Shown: in pieces, positions 48,546 through 58,307 of the stretch
Layout of the letters: every line of letters begins with the position of its first letter
Position numbering within the stretch: position 1 is the first letter of the stretch
Source of the DNA: Flavobacteriales bacterium UBA2104
GTDB lineage: Bacteria > Bacteroidota > Bacteroidia > Flavobacteriales_D > Crocinitomicaceae
DNA: 64,000 nt
Direction of reading: 5' to 3'
NCBI GenBank assembly: GCA_002331485.1
Contig: DCYS01000037.1
Span: forward strand, 9,171-73,170
Notes under the pieces: model-generated
The model's database searches: none
Told to the model about the DNA's origin: nothing
What the model saw: the letters and a program-made list of their open reading frames with translations, nothing else
Made by a program: the position numbers and the translations under genes

Positions 48546-50423
48546 CGCAAAATCTGCCAAATACATCCAACGATCTGACTTCTCTTCTATAAGCTGCACA
48601 ACCTCAGAAAGTCGCTTACTTGCATTATTTAGATCTTCAGCAGAGGCCTCAGAATCTGATAGTATTTTTGTTAGTTCTTCTTTCTCAGTTTCCAACTCAA
48701 CGATCTCTTGGTCCAACGCTTCAAACTCTTGTTGTTCCTTGAACGTTAGTTTCTTTTTCTCTTCACTTACCTCTTTTTTCTTAGGTGCTGAAATAGATTT
48801 ATTATCTGCTGCTTGCTTTCGTTTACGCTCTTGCTCCTGACGCTCAAGACTTTTTTGGTGCTTACGATATTCCGTGTAGTTCCCTAGTATATCACTTATT
48901 TTTCCTCCCCCATCGAAAACGAAAATATGATCCACCATCTTATCCATGAAATAACGATCGTGAGATACTACGATGAGACACCCTTTGAAACTTCTTAAAT
49001 AATCTTCTAATACGCTCATCACGAAAATATCCAGATCATTTGTAGGCTCATCGAGAATTAAAAAATTAGGATTAGACATGAGTACCTTCATCAACTTCAA
49101 GCGACGTTTCTCCCCACCACTAAGCTTGTATACATAATTGTGATGCATACTTCGAGGGAAAAGAAATTTCTCAAGAAATTGAGCAGCGGTCATTTCTCTG
49201 CCTTTCTCCAAAGGAATGATATCAGCTACCTCCCGAATAACATCGATGACTTTTTTGTCTTCATCTACCTCAATATTTTTCTGAGAGTAATAACCAAACA
49301 CAACCGTTTCCCCAATTACTACTTTACCCGTATCCGGTGGAATCTCACCAACGATCATTTTCAGCAATGTAGACTTTCCTGCACCATTTGGTCCGACAAT
49401 TCCCAGTCGCTCTTGTCGCTTGAAATTGTAATCAAGGCTTTCCAGGAGTAATTTATCATCGTATGATTTAGAAATATTATGAAGTTCCAGGATCTTTGTC
49501 CCCAGACGCTCCATCTTAACTGGTATTTCAAGTTCTTCCTTCGCTAAATTCTGCTTGGCAATTTTCTTTGTCTCGTGAAAACTTTCAATACGAGCTTTTT
49601 GTTTCGTACCCCTCGCCTTTGGCTGTCTACGGATCCATTGAAGCTCCTTTTTGAATTGACTTCTCGCCTTTCCAACAGTCGTCGCAAACTGCTCTTCGCG
49701 TTCTGCTTTTTTCTCTAAATAATATGAAAAATTGCCTTTATACTTGTATAGCGTTTGATCCTCCAGCTCGTAGATCACATCCGTAATAACTTCTAAAAAG
49801 TACCTATCGTGAGTGACCATAAAGATGGTAGCTTTTGAGGTTGACAAATATTCTTCTAACCATTCGATCATATCCAGATCAAGGTGATTCGTTGGCTCAT
49901 CTAAAAACAAAAAATCAGGCTCAGCGATCAACACTTTTGCGAGAGCAACACGTTTTCGCTGACCTCCGGATAGTGTTGATATTTTCTGTTCTGTGTCATT
50001 TAACTTGAGCTTGGACAATATTTGCTCTATGGTGCTGTCTAAATCCCAGGCATTCAACTGAGAAACTTTTTCAAATAGTTGAGCGATCTTCTCCTCGTCA
50101 TTCGCACGAACAGCATCATTATATTCCTTGAATACTTTAAGCTTTGGAAGATCATGATTAAGAACTTCCTGATAGATGGTATTCTCTTTATCAAGATCAT
50201 CAGCTTGTTCTAAAAAACCTACATTGATCTCATTTCTGAAAACAATTCTTCCTTCGTCGTACGGCTCTTTACCCATGAGACAATTAAGTAGTGTTGACTT
50301 TCCACTACCATTTTTTGCGACGAGCGCCACTTTCTGACCTTGATCTATACCGAAAGTAAGATCCTCAAAGATCATGCGGTCACCGAATGACTTTGTAAGT
50401 TGTTCAACCGATAGGAAGTTCAT
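48543..50423 (-). CDS. ABC-F family ATP-binding protein (Uup-like)
   Basis: Two ABC cassettes (GSGKST...LSGGQRKR...DEPTNHLD; GAGKST...LSGGEKRR...DEPTNDLD), no TM segments, coiled-coil C-terminus. Confidence 0.93.
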   Translation of the reverse strand: MNFLSVEQLTKSFGDRMIFEDLTFGIDQGQKVALVAKNGSGKSTLLNCLMGKEPYDEGRIVFRNEINVGFLEQADDLDKENTIYQEVLNHDLPKLKVFKEYNDAVRANDEEKIAQLFEKVSQLNAWDLDSTIEQILSKLKLNDTEQKISTLSGGQRKRVALAKVLIAEPDFLFLDEPTNHLDLDMIEWLEEYLSTSKATIFMVTHDRYFLEVITDVIYELEDQTLYKYKGNFSYYLEKKAEREEQFATTVGKARSQFKKELQWIRRQPKARGTKQKARIESFHETKKIAKQNLAKEELEIPVKMERLGTKILELHNISKSYDDKLLLESLDYNFKRQERLGIVGPNGAGKSTLLKMIVGEIPPDTGKVVIGETVVFGYYSQKNIEVDEDKKVIDVIREVADIIPLEKGREMTAAQFLEKFLFPRSMHHNYVYKLSGGEKRRLKLMKVLMSNPNFLILDEPTNDLDIFVMSVLEDYLRSFKGCLIVVSHDRYFMDKMVDHIFVFDGGGKISDILGNYTEYRKHQKSLERQEQERKRKQAADNKSISAPKKKEVSEEKKKLTFKEQQEFEALDQEIVELETEKEELTKILSDSEASAEDLNNASKRLSEVVQLIEEKSDRWMYLADFA

Positions 50424-50998
50424 TATCGTATACGATCAATTGATTGAATGAGCTTTATATCTCTGCGAATTCCAATATTCGCAAGGAAAGAGAAAGCTGT
50501 AGCGATCACGATACAATAAAAACCAAAGCCGAGTTGATTTGAAACAATATATGCCTCACCCAATTCGCTGGTTTCTTGTTTCAACAGATAGTATAGAACA
50601 AGAATAGTCCCGAATGATAAAAAATTGAAAACAAAAAGTACCCTTCCCAATTTGATCTGACGTTTCAGCTTTTTATAACTTAAAATTGTCATTGCCGCTA
50701 ACATCGAAAGCAATATTCCAATCGAATAGAACGGAAAATAAAGCGTTGGTATTTGATTGAGATCCTCACTAGGTACCTCAACTTTTTCTATTGATCGTTT
50801 GATGAATTCAGCATCTTTTTGTTCTAAATCGCTGCTAACTGAAATATCTCGCTGTACTCCATAAACATTAGCATGCGTAGTCAACTCGAATGACTCTTTC
50901 TTTACTATCGTCGTTACGAAAACATCAGTTCCGATCGTAACAATGATCAAGGCAACAAGCGCGAGAAATAAATAGAGGTTTTGAACACGTTGAATCAT
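50423..50998 (-). CDS. DUF4293 family membrane protein
   Basis: MIQRVQNLYL, YKKLKRQIKL and IRRDIKLIQSIDRIR. The start is placed at MIQRVQ; TAATG overlap with ABC-F. Confidence 0.85.
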   Translation of the reverse strand: MIQRVQNLYLFLALVALIIVTIGTDVFVTTIVKKESFELTTHANVYGVQRDISVSSDLEQKDAEFIKRSIEKVEVPSEDLNQIPTLYFPFYSIGILLSMLAAMTILSYKKLKRQIKLGRVLFVFNFLSFGTILVLYYLLKQETSELGEAYIVSNQLGFGFYCIVIATAFSFLANIGIRRDIKLIQSIDRIR

Positions 50999-51230
50999 AT
51001 ATTGTATTTTGGTCCAAAGATAGTAATCTTTCAAAGGATGAAGTCGTGAAAGTAGAAACAAATAACACTACAAGTCTAGAGATTATCAACATAAGAGGAC
51101 TCATAAAATAATATTCAAATCTTTCTTTCCTTTAAAGAATATTTGTATTATTGCAATGTCGCAAGTCTTGTGGCGTTCTCATTTGAATTATTTCAAATCT
51201 TAAGTTATTTCTTATTTATATTTCAGTTAA

Positions 51231-52841
51231 ATGAACAAAGAAGAATTAGCAGGAAAAAAACTTCCTGAATTACGCGTAATTGCGAAAACCATAGGTATTA
51301 AAAAACCCGAATCTTACAAAAAAGCAGAATTGATAGACATGATCACCGGTGATAAAAAACCGGAATCATCTGCTCCTGCTAATGAAAAGTCAAATGACGA
51401 TAAAAGCGCTAAAAAGGAAGAAAAGCCAAAACGAGCAAGAAAACGCACTGAGCAAAGTGAAGGAAGAGATCTTTTTAGCGAGGGAAAGAAGGATTCAAAT
51501 GAGAATAATGATAAGAAAGATCAACCTAGATCTCAGAATGATAAGCAGCAGGATAAAAAGCCTTCTGGAAGACAGAAAAAGTCTGATGACAACAATCATT
51601 CAAAATCGAATAGACGAAATCATGATCATAAGAATAATGATCAAAAACAAAACTCTCGCCACAAGAACAACGGCGGAAATAAAAATGACCGTCAAAAAAT
51701 AGAGGATACCAAGAAGTACGACCTATCAGGAATTGTATCTGCGGAAGGAGTTCTTGAAGTTATGCAGGATGGGTACGGATTCTTGAGATCTTCTGATTAC
51801 AATTACCTTCCTTCACCGGATGATATATATGTAAGCCACAGTCAGATCAAGTTATTTGGTTTGAAAACTGGAGATACTGTTTATGGAACGATTAGACCTC
51901 CTCGAGAAGGAGAAAAATATTTTCCACTCGTAAAAGTTGACTCGATCAATGGTCGTGAACCTTCATTTATTCGTGATAGAGTTCCTTTCCAATATTTGAC
52001 ACCTTTGTTCCCAGATGAGAAATTCAAGATCACAGGACACCGTCAGGAAAGTATGTCTACACGTATTATGGATCTGTTCGCACCTATTGGAAAAGGACAA
52101 CGTGGTATGATCGTAGCCCAACCAAAAACAGGTAAAACGGTTTTACTGAAAGATGTTGCGAATGCCATTGCAGCTAATCACCCAGAGACATATTTGATCA
52201 TATTGCTGATCGATGAGCGTCCTGAGGAAGTTACCGATATGGCAAGAAGCGTAAATGCTGAAGTAATTGCCTCTACTTTCGATGAGCCAGCTGATCGACA
52301 CGTAAAAGTCGCTAATATGGTTCTTGAAAAAGCCAAAAGAATGGTAGAATGTGGCCATGATGTTTGTATTCTACTTGATTCAATTACACGTCTTGCACGT
52401 GCATACAATACCGTATCTCCTGCATCAGGTAAAGTACTGTCTGGTGGTGTAGATGCAAATGCGCTACAACGACCAAAACGATTCTTCGGAGCGGCCAGAA
52501 AAATTGAAAATGGAGGTTCTTTATCGATCCTGGCAACTGCATTGACTGATACTGGATCGAAGATGGATGAAGTGATCTTTGAGGAATTCAAAGGAACCGG
52601 TAACATGGAACTTCAATTAGATCGTAAGATCGCTAATCGTAGAATTTACCCAGCAATTGATATTCTTTCTTCTGGTACTCGTCGTGAAGATCTGCTTATG
52701 GATAAAGACGTTCTCCAGCGCGTGTGGATCCTTAGAAAACATATTGCTGATATGAACCCAGTTGAAACTATGGAATTCATGAAGTCTCACATGGAGAATA
52801 CATTATCCAACGAGGAATTTCTTGTATCCATGAACAGCTAA
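51231..52841 (+). CDS. rho: Transcription termination factor Rho with N-terminal low-complexity insertion
   Basis: [48 protein letters not shown] and [11 protein letters not shown]. Confidence 0.97.
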   Translation: MNKEELAGKKLPELRVIAKTIGIKKPESYKKAELIDMITGDKKPESSAPANEKSNDDKSAKKEEKPKRARKRTEQSEGRDLFSEGKKDSNENNDKKDQPRSQNDKQQDKKPSGRQKKSDDNNHSKSNRRNHDHKNNDQKQNSRHKNNGGNKNDRQKIEDTKKYDLSGIVSAEGVLEVMQDGYGFLRSSDYNYLPSPDDIYVSHSQIKLFGLKTGDTVYGTIRPPREGEKYFPLVKVDSINGREPSFIRDRVPFQYLTPLFPDEKFKITGHRQESMSTRIMDLFAPIGKGQRGMIVAQPKTGKTVLLKDVANAIAANHPETYLIILLIDERPEEVTDMARSVNAEVIASTFDEPADRHVKVANMVLEKAKRMVECGHDVCILLDSITRLARAYNTVSPASGKVLSGGVDANALQRPKRFFGAARKIENGGSLSILATALTDTGSKMDEVIFEEFKGTGNMELQLDRKIANRRIYPAIDILSSGTRREDLLMDKDVLQRVWILRKHIADMNPVETMEFMKSHMENTLSNEEFLVSMNS

Positions 52842-52845
52842 AAAT

Positions 52846-53412
52846 ATGCGACCAGCGTTAAAAGCAGCATTATTATTTGCAGCAGGATGGATTGCCATAA
52901 AATTCACTTTTTATGCGATGGGTGTATTCCAGGACGATATATTCGTTACAGGCCTAATTAATAATCTATTTTTGCTGGCAGCTATCGCAATCGGACTTTA
53001 TTTCGAAAAGAAAAAAGAAGGTTTTGGCTCTGGAACTGCCCTTTCCGATATAAAACATTCAATGGTCGCAGGTGCTCCATACGCCGTGTTTGTTTCCATA
53101 TTCATGTTTTTCTTTTATAGTAATATCAATCCAGAATTCATTGAGGGAAAGAAACAAGAACGAATGGATATTTATTATGTCAATATGGAAAGAGAATCAT
53201 ACGTTGACTCATTGAAAGCGCAGAATCAAGAGTTCAATGTACTGACTAACGATGAGATCCTTAAGGAGATCGAAAGAGATACTGAAAGTGCCTTATCTCC
53301 AAATACATTACTTGTATTCTCTTTACTTGGTTTGATCGTTTTAAGTTTGACCTACGCTATATTCATTACCGTCATATTTAGAAAAATATTACTAAGAAAC
53401 TTCTACTCCTAG
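52846..53412 (+). CDS. DUF4199-like membrane protein
   Basis: Four TM segments with FMFFFYSNINPEFIE; located 4 bp after rho. Confidence 0.7.
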   Translation: MRPALKAALLFAAGWIAIKFTFYAMGVFQDDIFVTGLINNLFLLAAIAIGLYFEKKKEGFGSGTALSDIKHSMVAGAPYAVFVSIFMFFFYSNINPEFIEGKKQERMDIYYVNMERESYVDSLKAQNQEFNVLTNDEILKEIERDTESALSPNTLLVFSLLGLIVLSLTYAIFITVIFRKILLRNFYS

Positions 53413-53708
53413 AATCGTGATATCTGCTTTCGATCTTCGCCTCTAGTACCTAAGAAACTTATCATCTTCTTTTTGATCAATTTAGTGAAGATTCTTATTC
53501 TCCACTAATCATTCGATTGAGACATTACGTACTTATTTATGTTTGCCTCTTGACATACAGAACTTTAAACTGTATTTCCCAAAACACTAATTCTCAAATT
53601 CCTAACATAAATGTCTTTTATAAGACATTTTAATGCATTTTGTTTACCGTGGTAAACTTTATTACCTAACAGAATGTTCTGTGCACCGAATCTTAAAACA
53701 AAAGTAAA

Positions 53709-55679
53709 ATGAAAAAACATCTATTCAATCGTGCTAAAATGCTTACTGCTGCAGTGGCATTTACACTGATCGGAGCTAGTGCAAGTGCACAGACAACGAT
53801 CTATCAAACTATTCAGGCCAGTCCTGATCACACAATTTTAGAACAGGCCATTGACAATGTCACAGGTTTATCGACAACTCTGGACGATCCAAATGCGGAT
53901 CTAACTGTTTTTGCACCTGACGATGATGCTTTCAATGCCGCATTAAATGAACTTGGTATAACAGCTGGAGATCTTCTATCAGATCCTAACCTAGGTGATA
54001 TTCTTGAATATCATGTTCTTTCAGGTACTGTAGCATCTGGTGATCTAATGAACGGTATGATGCCAACCCCATTGAATACAGCGAATACGATTAAAATAAC
54101 TATTGATGGTACAGATGCTTATGCAAATCAGTCATTGATCGATGGTGCAGACATTCCAGTTACGAATGGAGCATTACATAGCATGGATCAAGTGATATTC
54201 TCAGATGAAACTGTAGCTGATATTGCTATAGACAGTCCTGATCACACAGTTCTTGAATCAGCTGTTGTTGAGGCTCGTCTTTTACCTGCTCTAACTGATC
54301 CGTTTTCTTCTTTAACTGTAATGGCGCCAACAGATGATGCATTCACAGAAGCACTAGACAGTCTGAACATAACGGCTGGTGACCTACTTGCAGATCCTAA
54401 CCTGGGAGATATTCTTTTATATCACGTTTTAGGTTCTGAAGTTGCTTCTGGTGACCTTAACAACGGTGATATGCCAACACCATTAAATACAGCTAACACA
54501 ATAAAAGTTACTGTTGCTGGAAACGCAGTATTTATGAATCATGCGGAGGTAACTTCTCCAGACAATGCTGCTGGGAATGGTGTCGTACATGTATTAGATC
54601 AAGTTATTCTTCCAGTTGAAACTACTGCCGACGTAATAATTGACAGCCAAGATCATACAACTTTAGAAGCTGCAGTTATAGAAGGACTTTTAGTTCCTGC
54701 ACTTACGAACCCATTTGATACATTAACTATCTTAGGTCCTGATGATGCTGCATTTACTGCCGCTTTGAATGAACTTGGAATTTCTGCAGGTGATCTACTT
54801 GCAAGTCCGGATCTAGTGAACATTCTACTTTACCACGTACTAGGTGGTCAAGTTCTATCAACTGACCTTAACGGTGGGGCGACACTTGCTCAGCCGGCAA
54901 ACCCAGCAAATACGATCAAAATTTTGGTAACTGGTGGTGGAGATGTCTACTTTAACCAGGCGATGGTTACAGCTCCAGATAACACAGCCTCAAATGGAGT
55001 TGTTCACGTATTGAATGAGGTAATCTTCTCTGATGAAACAGTTATAGATGCAGCGATCGATAATGGGTTTAATACATTGACAGCTGCTGTGATTACAGCG
55101 GAGTTAGTTCCTGCTCTATCTGATCCGTTCGAGCAATACACTGTTTTTGCTCCAACTGATGCAGCATTTTCTCAGTACTTGACGGATGAAGGAATTACTG
55201 CACAGGATTTATTGGCAAGTCCAAACCTTTCTAACATTCTATTGTACCACACTGTAGGTTCTGAAGTAATGTCTATGGATCTTACAAACGGACCTGTAAC
55301 AACACTTAATGGTGACGATGTTGTAATCGACTTGTCGAATGGTGTTATGGTAAATGATGCATCAGTAGTTACAGCTGATGTTGATGTAGACAATGGTGTA
55401 GTTCACGCAATCGATTACGTTCTTGATCCTTCAGTAGCTTCTGTTGAAGAACTTAATATTGAAGCGATCGAATTGTATCCAAATCCTGCGACTGATGTTT
55501 TAAACATTAAAGATCAGAACAACTCAACATACTCTATTGTAAATATGGCTGGATCAATCGTAAAATCTGGAGAGATCAACGGTTCTTCAATTAATATTGA
55601 GACATTGAAAGAAGGAACATACTTCATTAACATTACGAATGAAACGAACGTTTACAGAAGTCGTTTCGTTAAAATGTAA
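53709..55679 (+). CDS. Four-fasciclin (FAS1) domain protein with T9SS type-A CTD
   Basis: Four repeats of TVFAP(T/D)DxAF...ILxYHV...NG(V/A)xH; CTD LYPNPATDVLN...GTYFI. Confidence 0.92.
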   Translation: MKKHLFNRAKMLTAAVAFTLIGASASAQTTIYQTIQASPDHTILEQAIDNVTGLSTTLDDPNADLTVFAPDDDAFNAALNELGITAGDLLSDPNLGDILEYHVLSGTVASGDLMNGMMPTPLNTANTIKITIDGTDAYANQSLIDGADIPVTNGALHSMDQVIFSDETVADIAIDSPDHTVLESAVVEARLLPALTDPFSSLTVMAPTDDAFTEALDSLNITAGDLLADPNLGDILLYHVLGSEVASGDLNNGDMPTPLNTANTIKVTVAGNAVFMNHAEVTSPDNAAGNGVVHVLDQVILPVETTADVIIDSQDHTTLEAAVIEGLLVPALTNPFDTLTILGPDDAAFTAALNELGISAGDLLASPDLVNILLYHVLGGQVLSTDLNGGATLAQPANPANTIKILVTGGGDVYFNQAMVTAPDNTASNGVVHVLNEVIFSDETVIDAAIDNGFNTLTAAVITAELVPALSDPFEQYTVFAPTDAAFSQYLTDEGITAQDLLASPNLSNILLYHTVGSEVMSMDLTNGPVTTLNGDDVVIDLSNGVMVNDASVVTADVDVDNGVVHAIDYVLDPSVASVEELNIEAIELYPNPATDVLNIKDQNNSTYSIVNMAGSIVKSGEINGSSINIETLKEGTYFINITNETNVYRSRFVKM

Positions 55680-55715
55680 AAGCTTTAATTCGAAGGGTTA
55701 TTCCCTTATAGCGTG

Positions 55716-55749
55716 AAAAGAGCCGAGGAATTCCTCGGCTCTTTTTTTT
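55716..55749. terminator. Bidirectional intrinsic terminator
   Basis: Perfect 30-bp palindrome AAAAGAGCCGAGGAATTCCTCGGCTCTTTT followed by a T run, between convergent genes. Confidence 0.85.
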
Positions 55750-55807
55750 GCTTTACTATTTAATTTGATTCGCTTAAATAAACTAGTTAAAAGTATATAG
55801 TCAACTA

Positions 55808-56764
55808 TTACTTCTTTTTCTTCTCTGAGTAATTCGCTAAACGATAAGCAATACCTAATCCGATAACCTGCTTAAATTGAGTTCGTGGTCCAACATTCCC
55901 AAAGCGATCAGTAATATCTATATCGTCATCATAGATCAAATTCATCTGTAAATTTGCAGAGAACCACTTATTAACCTTAAAATCGAGTATCACTTCTCCA
56001 TTCACATCAATATTTTGTGGATTATTCATATAGTTCGAGAAAAACTCCAAACGTGAACTCAGATTAATATTCTCCATAAGTTCTTTGTTATAGATGATCC
56101 TTAAGTAAGAACCAAATTCAGCTCTGGAATTTTCACCAGGAGTAAGAATCAAACCATTAACATCAAGAACGGCAGGCTCAACACCAAAAGCACCTGCATT
56201 TGCCAAACGTTGGTCTTGAACAAACGTAAATTTACCTGATAGTGGAGAAGCCATTATCTTCAAATTATCATTCGGAATGTATTCAATTCCTATTGATAAA
56301 TTCAGATACCCTGGAGCCATGAAAGTTGATGAAGCTAATGAGTCTTCGGGACTTGCGAAACCGTCTATAAACTGTGTTCTAAACCCGCCTAGAATGGATA
56401 AGAACCATGGATCTTTCAACCCATAAGAGAATGTAGACTGAACGTCTAGTACATCATCAGTTTTTTGAAGATCATCATCAAAATATTGTACTCCACCTAA
56501 ACCAGCAGATAATTGGTTAGACCATTTAATGCGATCTTTACTATAGTTTGCCTGAGCATTGATAAAGCCTAATCCCGAAACGTTATTTCTACCTCCAGCG
56601 GCCCAGTTAGTGAAAGAAGATTGTGTAATATTCAGTGAAAACACACTTTTTAGCTTCCAACCTGAAGGTGGATCAGTTGGCTTTTCATCTGTTGATTCTT
56701 GTCCCTGAGCACCGTAAGAAATAAGTGCTGCAACAAATACTAAAGTAAGATTCTTAAAATTCAT
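55808..56764 (-). CDS. DUF3078 domain (outer-membrane beta-barrel-like) protein
   Basis: NITQSSFTNWAAGG, FMAPGY, SPLSGKFTFV and QFKQVIGLG. Confidence 0.85.
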   Translation of the reverse strand: MNFKNLTLVFVAALISYGAQGQESTDEKPTDPPSGWKLKSVFSLNITQSSFTNWAAGGRNNVSGLGFINAQANYSKDRIKWSNQLSAGLGGVQYFDDDLQKTDDVLDVQSTFSYGLKDPWFLSILGGFRTQFIDGFASPEDSLASSTFMAPGYLNLSIGIEYIPNDNLKIMASPLSGKFTFVQDQRLANAGAFGVEPAVLDVNGLILTPGENSRAEFGSYLRIIYNKELMENINLSSRLEFFSNYMNNPQNIDVNGEVILDFKVNKWFSANLQMNLIYDDDIDITDRFGNVGPRTQFKQVIGLGIAYRLANYSEKKKK

Positions 56765-56977
56765 TTTGTTTTGTTTTTTCTGCGCGACAAATTTGATTCT
56801 TTTCCATTAAAAATCCTAATGGTTGATTTTGAAAGTCTTCAGAATTGTTTTAAAATTGATCTATCTCCTATTCCAGTCACTCGTCATTTTCATTTATCGC
56901 TTATCATTGGTAGCAACTTAAACTAAAACATTTTTGTATCTTCGCGTGCACTTAGAAATTCAGAAAAATTCAATCAT

Positions 56978-58156
56978 ATGAAAGAAGTTTATATTGTTTC
57001 TGCTGTGAGAACCCCAATGGGTAAATTCATGGGAGGATTATCAACAGTTCCAGCGACAAAGCTTGGAGCAGCTGCTATTAAAGGAGCTATGGAGAAAGGA
57101 AATGTTAAACCTGCAGATATCAATGAGGTATTTATGGGTAATGTGCTTCAAGCAAACCTCGGACAAGCACCAGCTCGTCAGGCAGCAATTTTCGCAGGGC
57201 TTTCAGAATTAACACCTTGTACGACAGTGAATAAAGTTTGTGCTTCGGGAATGAAGTCTATTTCTTTAGCTGCTCAATCGATCCTTGCTGGAGATAATGA
57301 CATCGTTGTAGCAGGTGGAATGGAGAACATGAGTATGGTTCCACATTACATGAATGCCAGAAATGGTGTGAAACTCGGTGATGTAAAACTCGCTGACGGA
57401 ATGGTTAAAGATGGTCTAACTGATGTGTACAACCAGGTTCACATGGGTAACTGTGCTGACGAATGTGCAACAGAATACAATTTCTCTCGAGAAGATCAGG
57501 ATAAATTTGCGATAGATTCATACGAGAAAGCATCTAAAGCTTGGGGTGAAGGTAAATTCAAAGAAGAGATCGTTCCAGTATCTGTTCCACAGAGAAGAGG
57601 AGATGACATTGTGATCGATGAAGATGAAGAATATAAGAACATTAAAATGGACAAGGTTCCAAACTTACGTCCTGCATTCAGTAAAGATGGTACAGTAACA
57701 GCTGCCAATGCATCTACATTGAACGATGGTGCATCTGCATTGATCATTGCATCTAAAGAAGCAGTTGAGAAGCATGGGTTAAAACCGATCGCTAAGATCG
57801 TATCATATGCTGATGCTGCTCAGGAATCTAAGTGGTTTACAACTGCACCAGCTAAAGCGTTACCTATAGCAATTGGGAAAGCAGGTCTATCAAATGATGA
57901 TATCGACTTCTGGGAGCTGAATGAAGCATTCTCTGTTGTTGGATTAGCGAACATCAAGTTACTAGGTATTGATGCAGCGAAAGTTGACGTTAACGGTGGA
58001 GCTGTGGCACTTGGTCACCCTCTTGGAAGTTCTGGATCTAGAATCATTGTAACATTGATCAACGTATTGAAGCAAAATGGTGGTAAATATGGTGCTGCCG
58101 GGATTTGTAACGGTGGTGGTGGTGCATCTGCCATGGTGATCGAGAATATTGATTAA
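56978..58156 (+). CDS. atoB: Acetyl-CoA C-acetyltransferase (thiolase)
   Basis: TVNKVCASGMKS, TAANASTLNDGA, ELNEAFS, GHPLGSSG and CNGGGG. Confidence 0.93.
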   Translation: MKEVYIVSAVRTPMGKFMGGLSTVPATKLGAAAIKGAMEKGNVKPADINEVFMGNVLQANLGQAPARQAAIFAGLSELTPCTTVNKVCASGMKSISLAAQSILAGDNDIVVAGGMENMSMVPHYMNARNGVKLGDVKLADGMVKDGLTDVYNQVHMGNCADECATEYNFSREDQDKFAIDSYEKASKAWGEGKFKEEIVPVSVPQRRGDDIVIDEDEEYKNIKMDKVPNLRPAFSKDGTVTAANASTLNDGASALIIASKEAVEKHGLKPIAKIVSYADAAQESKWFTTAPAKALPIAIGKAGLSNDDIDFWELNEAFSVVGLANIKLLGIDAAKVDVNGGAVALGHPLGSSGSRIIVTLINVLKQNGGKYGAAGICNGGGGASAMVIENID

Positions 58157-58177
58157 GTTATAATCGAACAAAAAATA

Positions 58178-58292
58178 GGGGCGTATTACGTCCCAAAAAA
58201 CAGCAAGGGGCGTATTGCAATACGCCCCTTGCTGTTTTCGAATAAAAAAATATGTCAAGGGCGTATTGCAATACGCCCTTGACATATTTTTT
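58178..58292. repeat. Tandem REP-like palindromes with a GGGCGTATTGCAATACGCCC core
   Basis: Perfect 42-bp palindrome at 58197-58238, perfect 48-bp palindrome at 58245-58292, and a degenerate copy GGGGCGTATTACGTCCC at 58178-58194. Confidence 0.88.
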
Positions 58293-58307
58293 GCAGCATT
58301 TACCAAT

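Noticed and set aside
48511-48840. 109-aa plus-strand ORF
   Set aside because: It is antisense to the ABC-F C-terminus and begins in the heptamer array; no coding signature.
58178-58292. CRISPR array interpretation of the repeated palindromes
   Set aside because: There are only two full units, with no unique 30-40-bp spacers, non-identical repeats and no cas genes in the window.
57962-58306. 114-aa minus-strand ORF containing repeated AYCNTPL
   Set aside because: The repeat is just the translation of the palindromic REP cores, and the rest is antisense to the thiolase.
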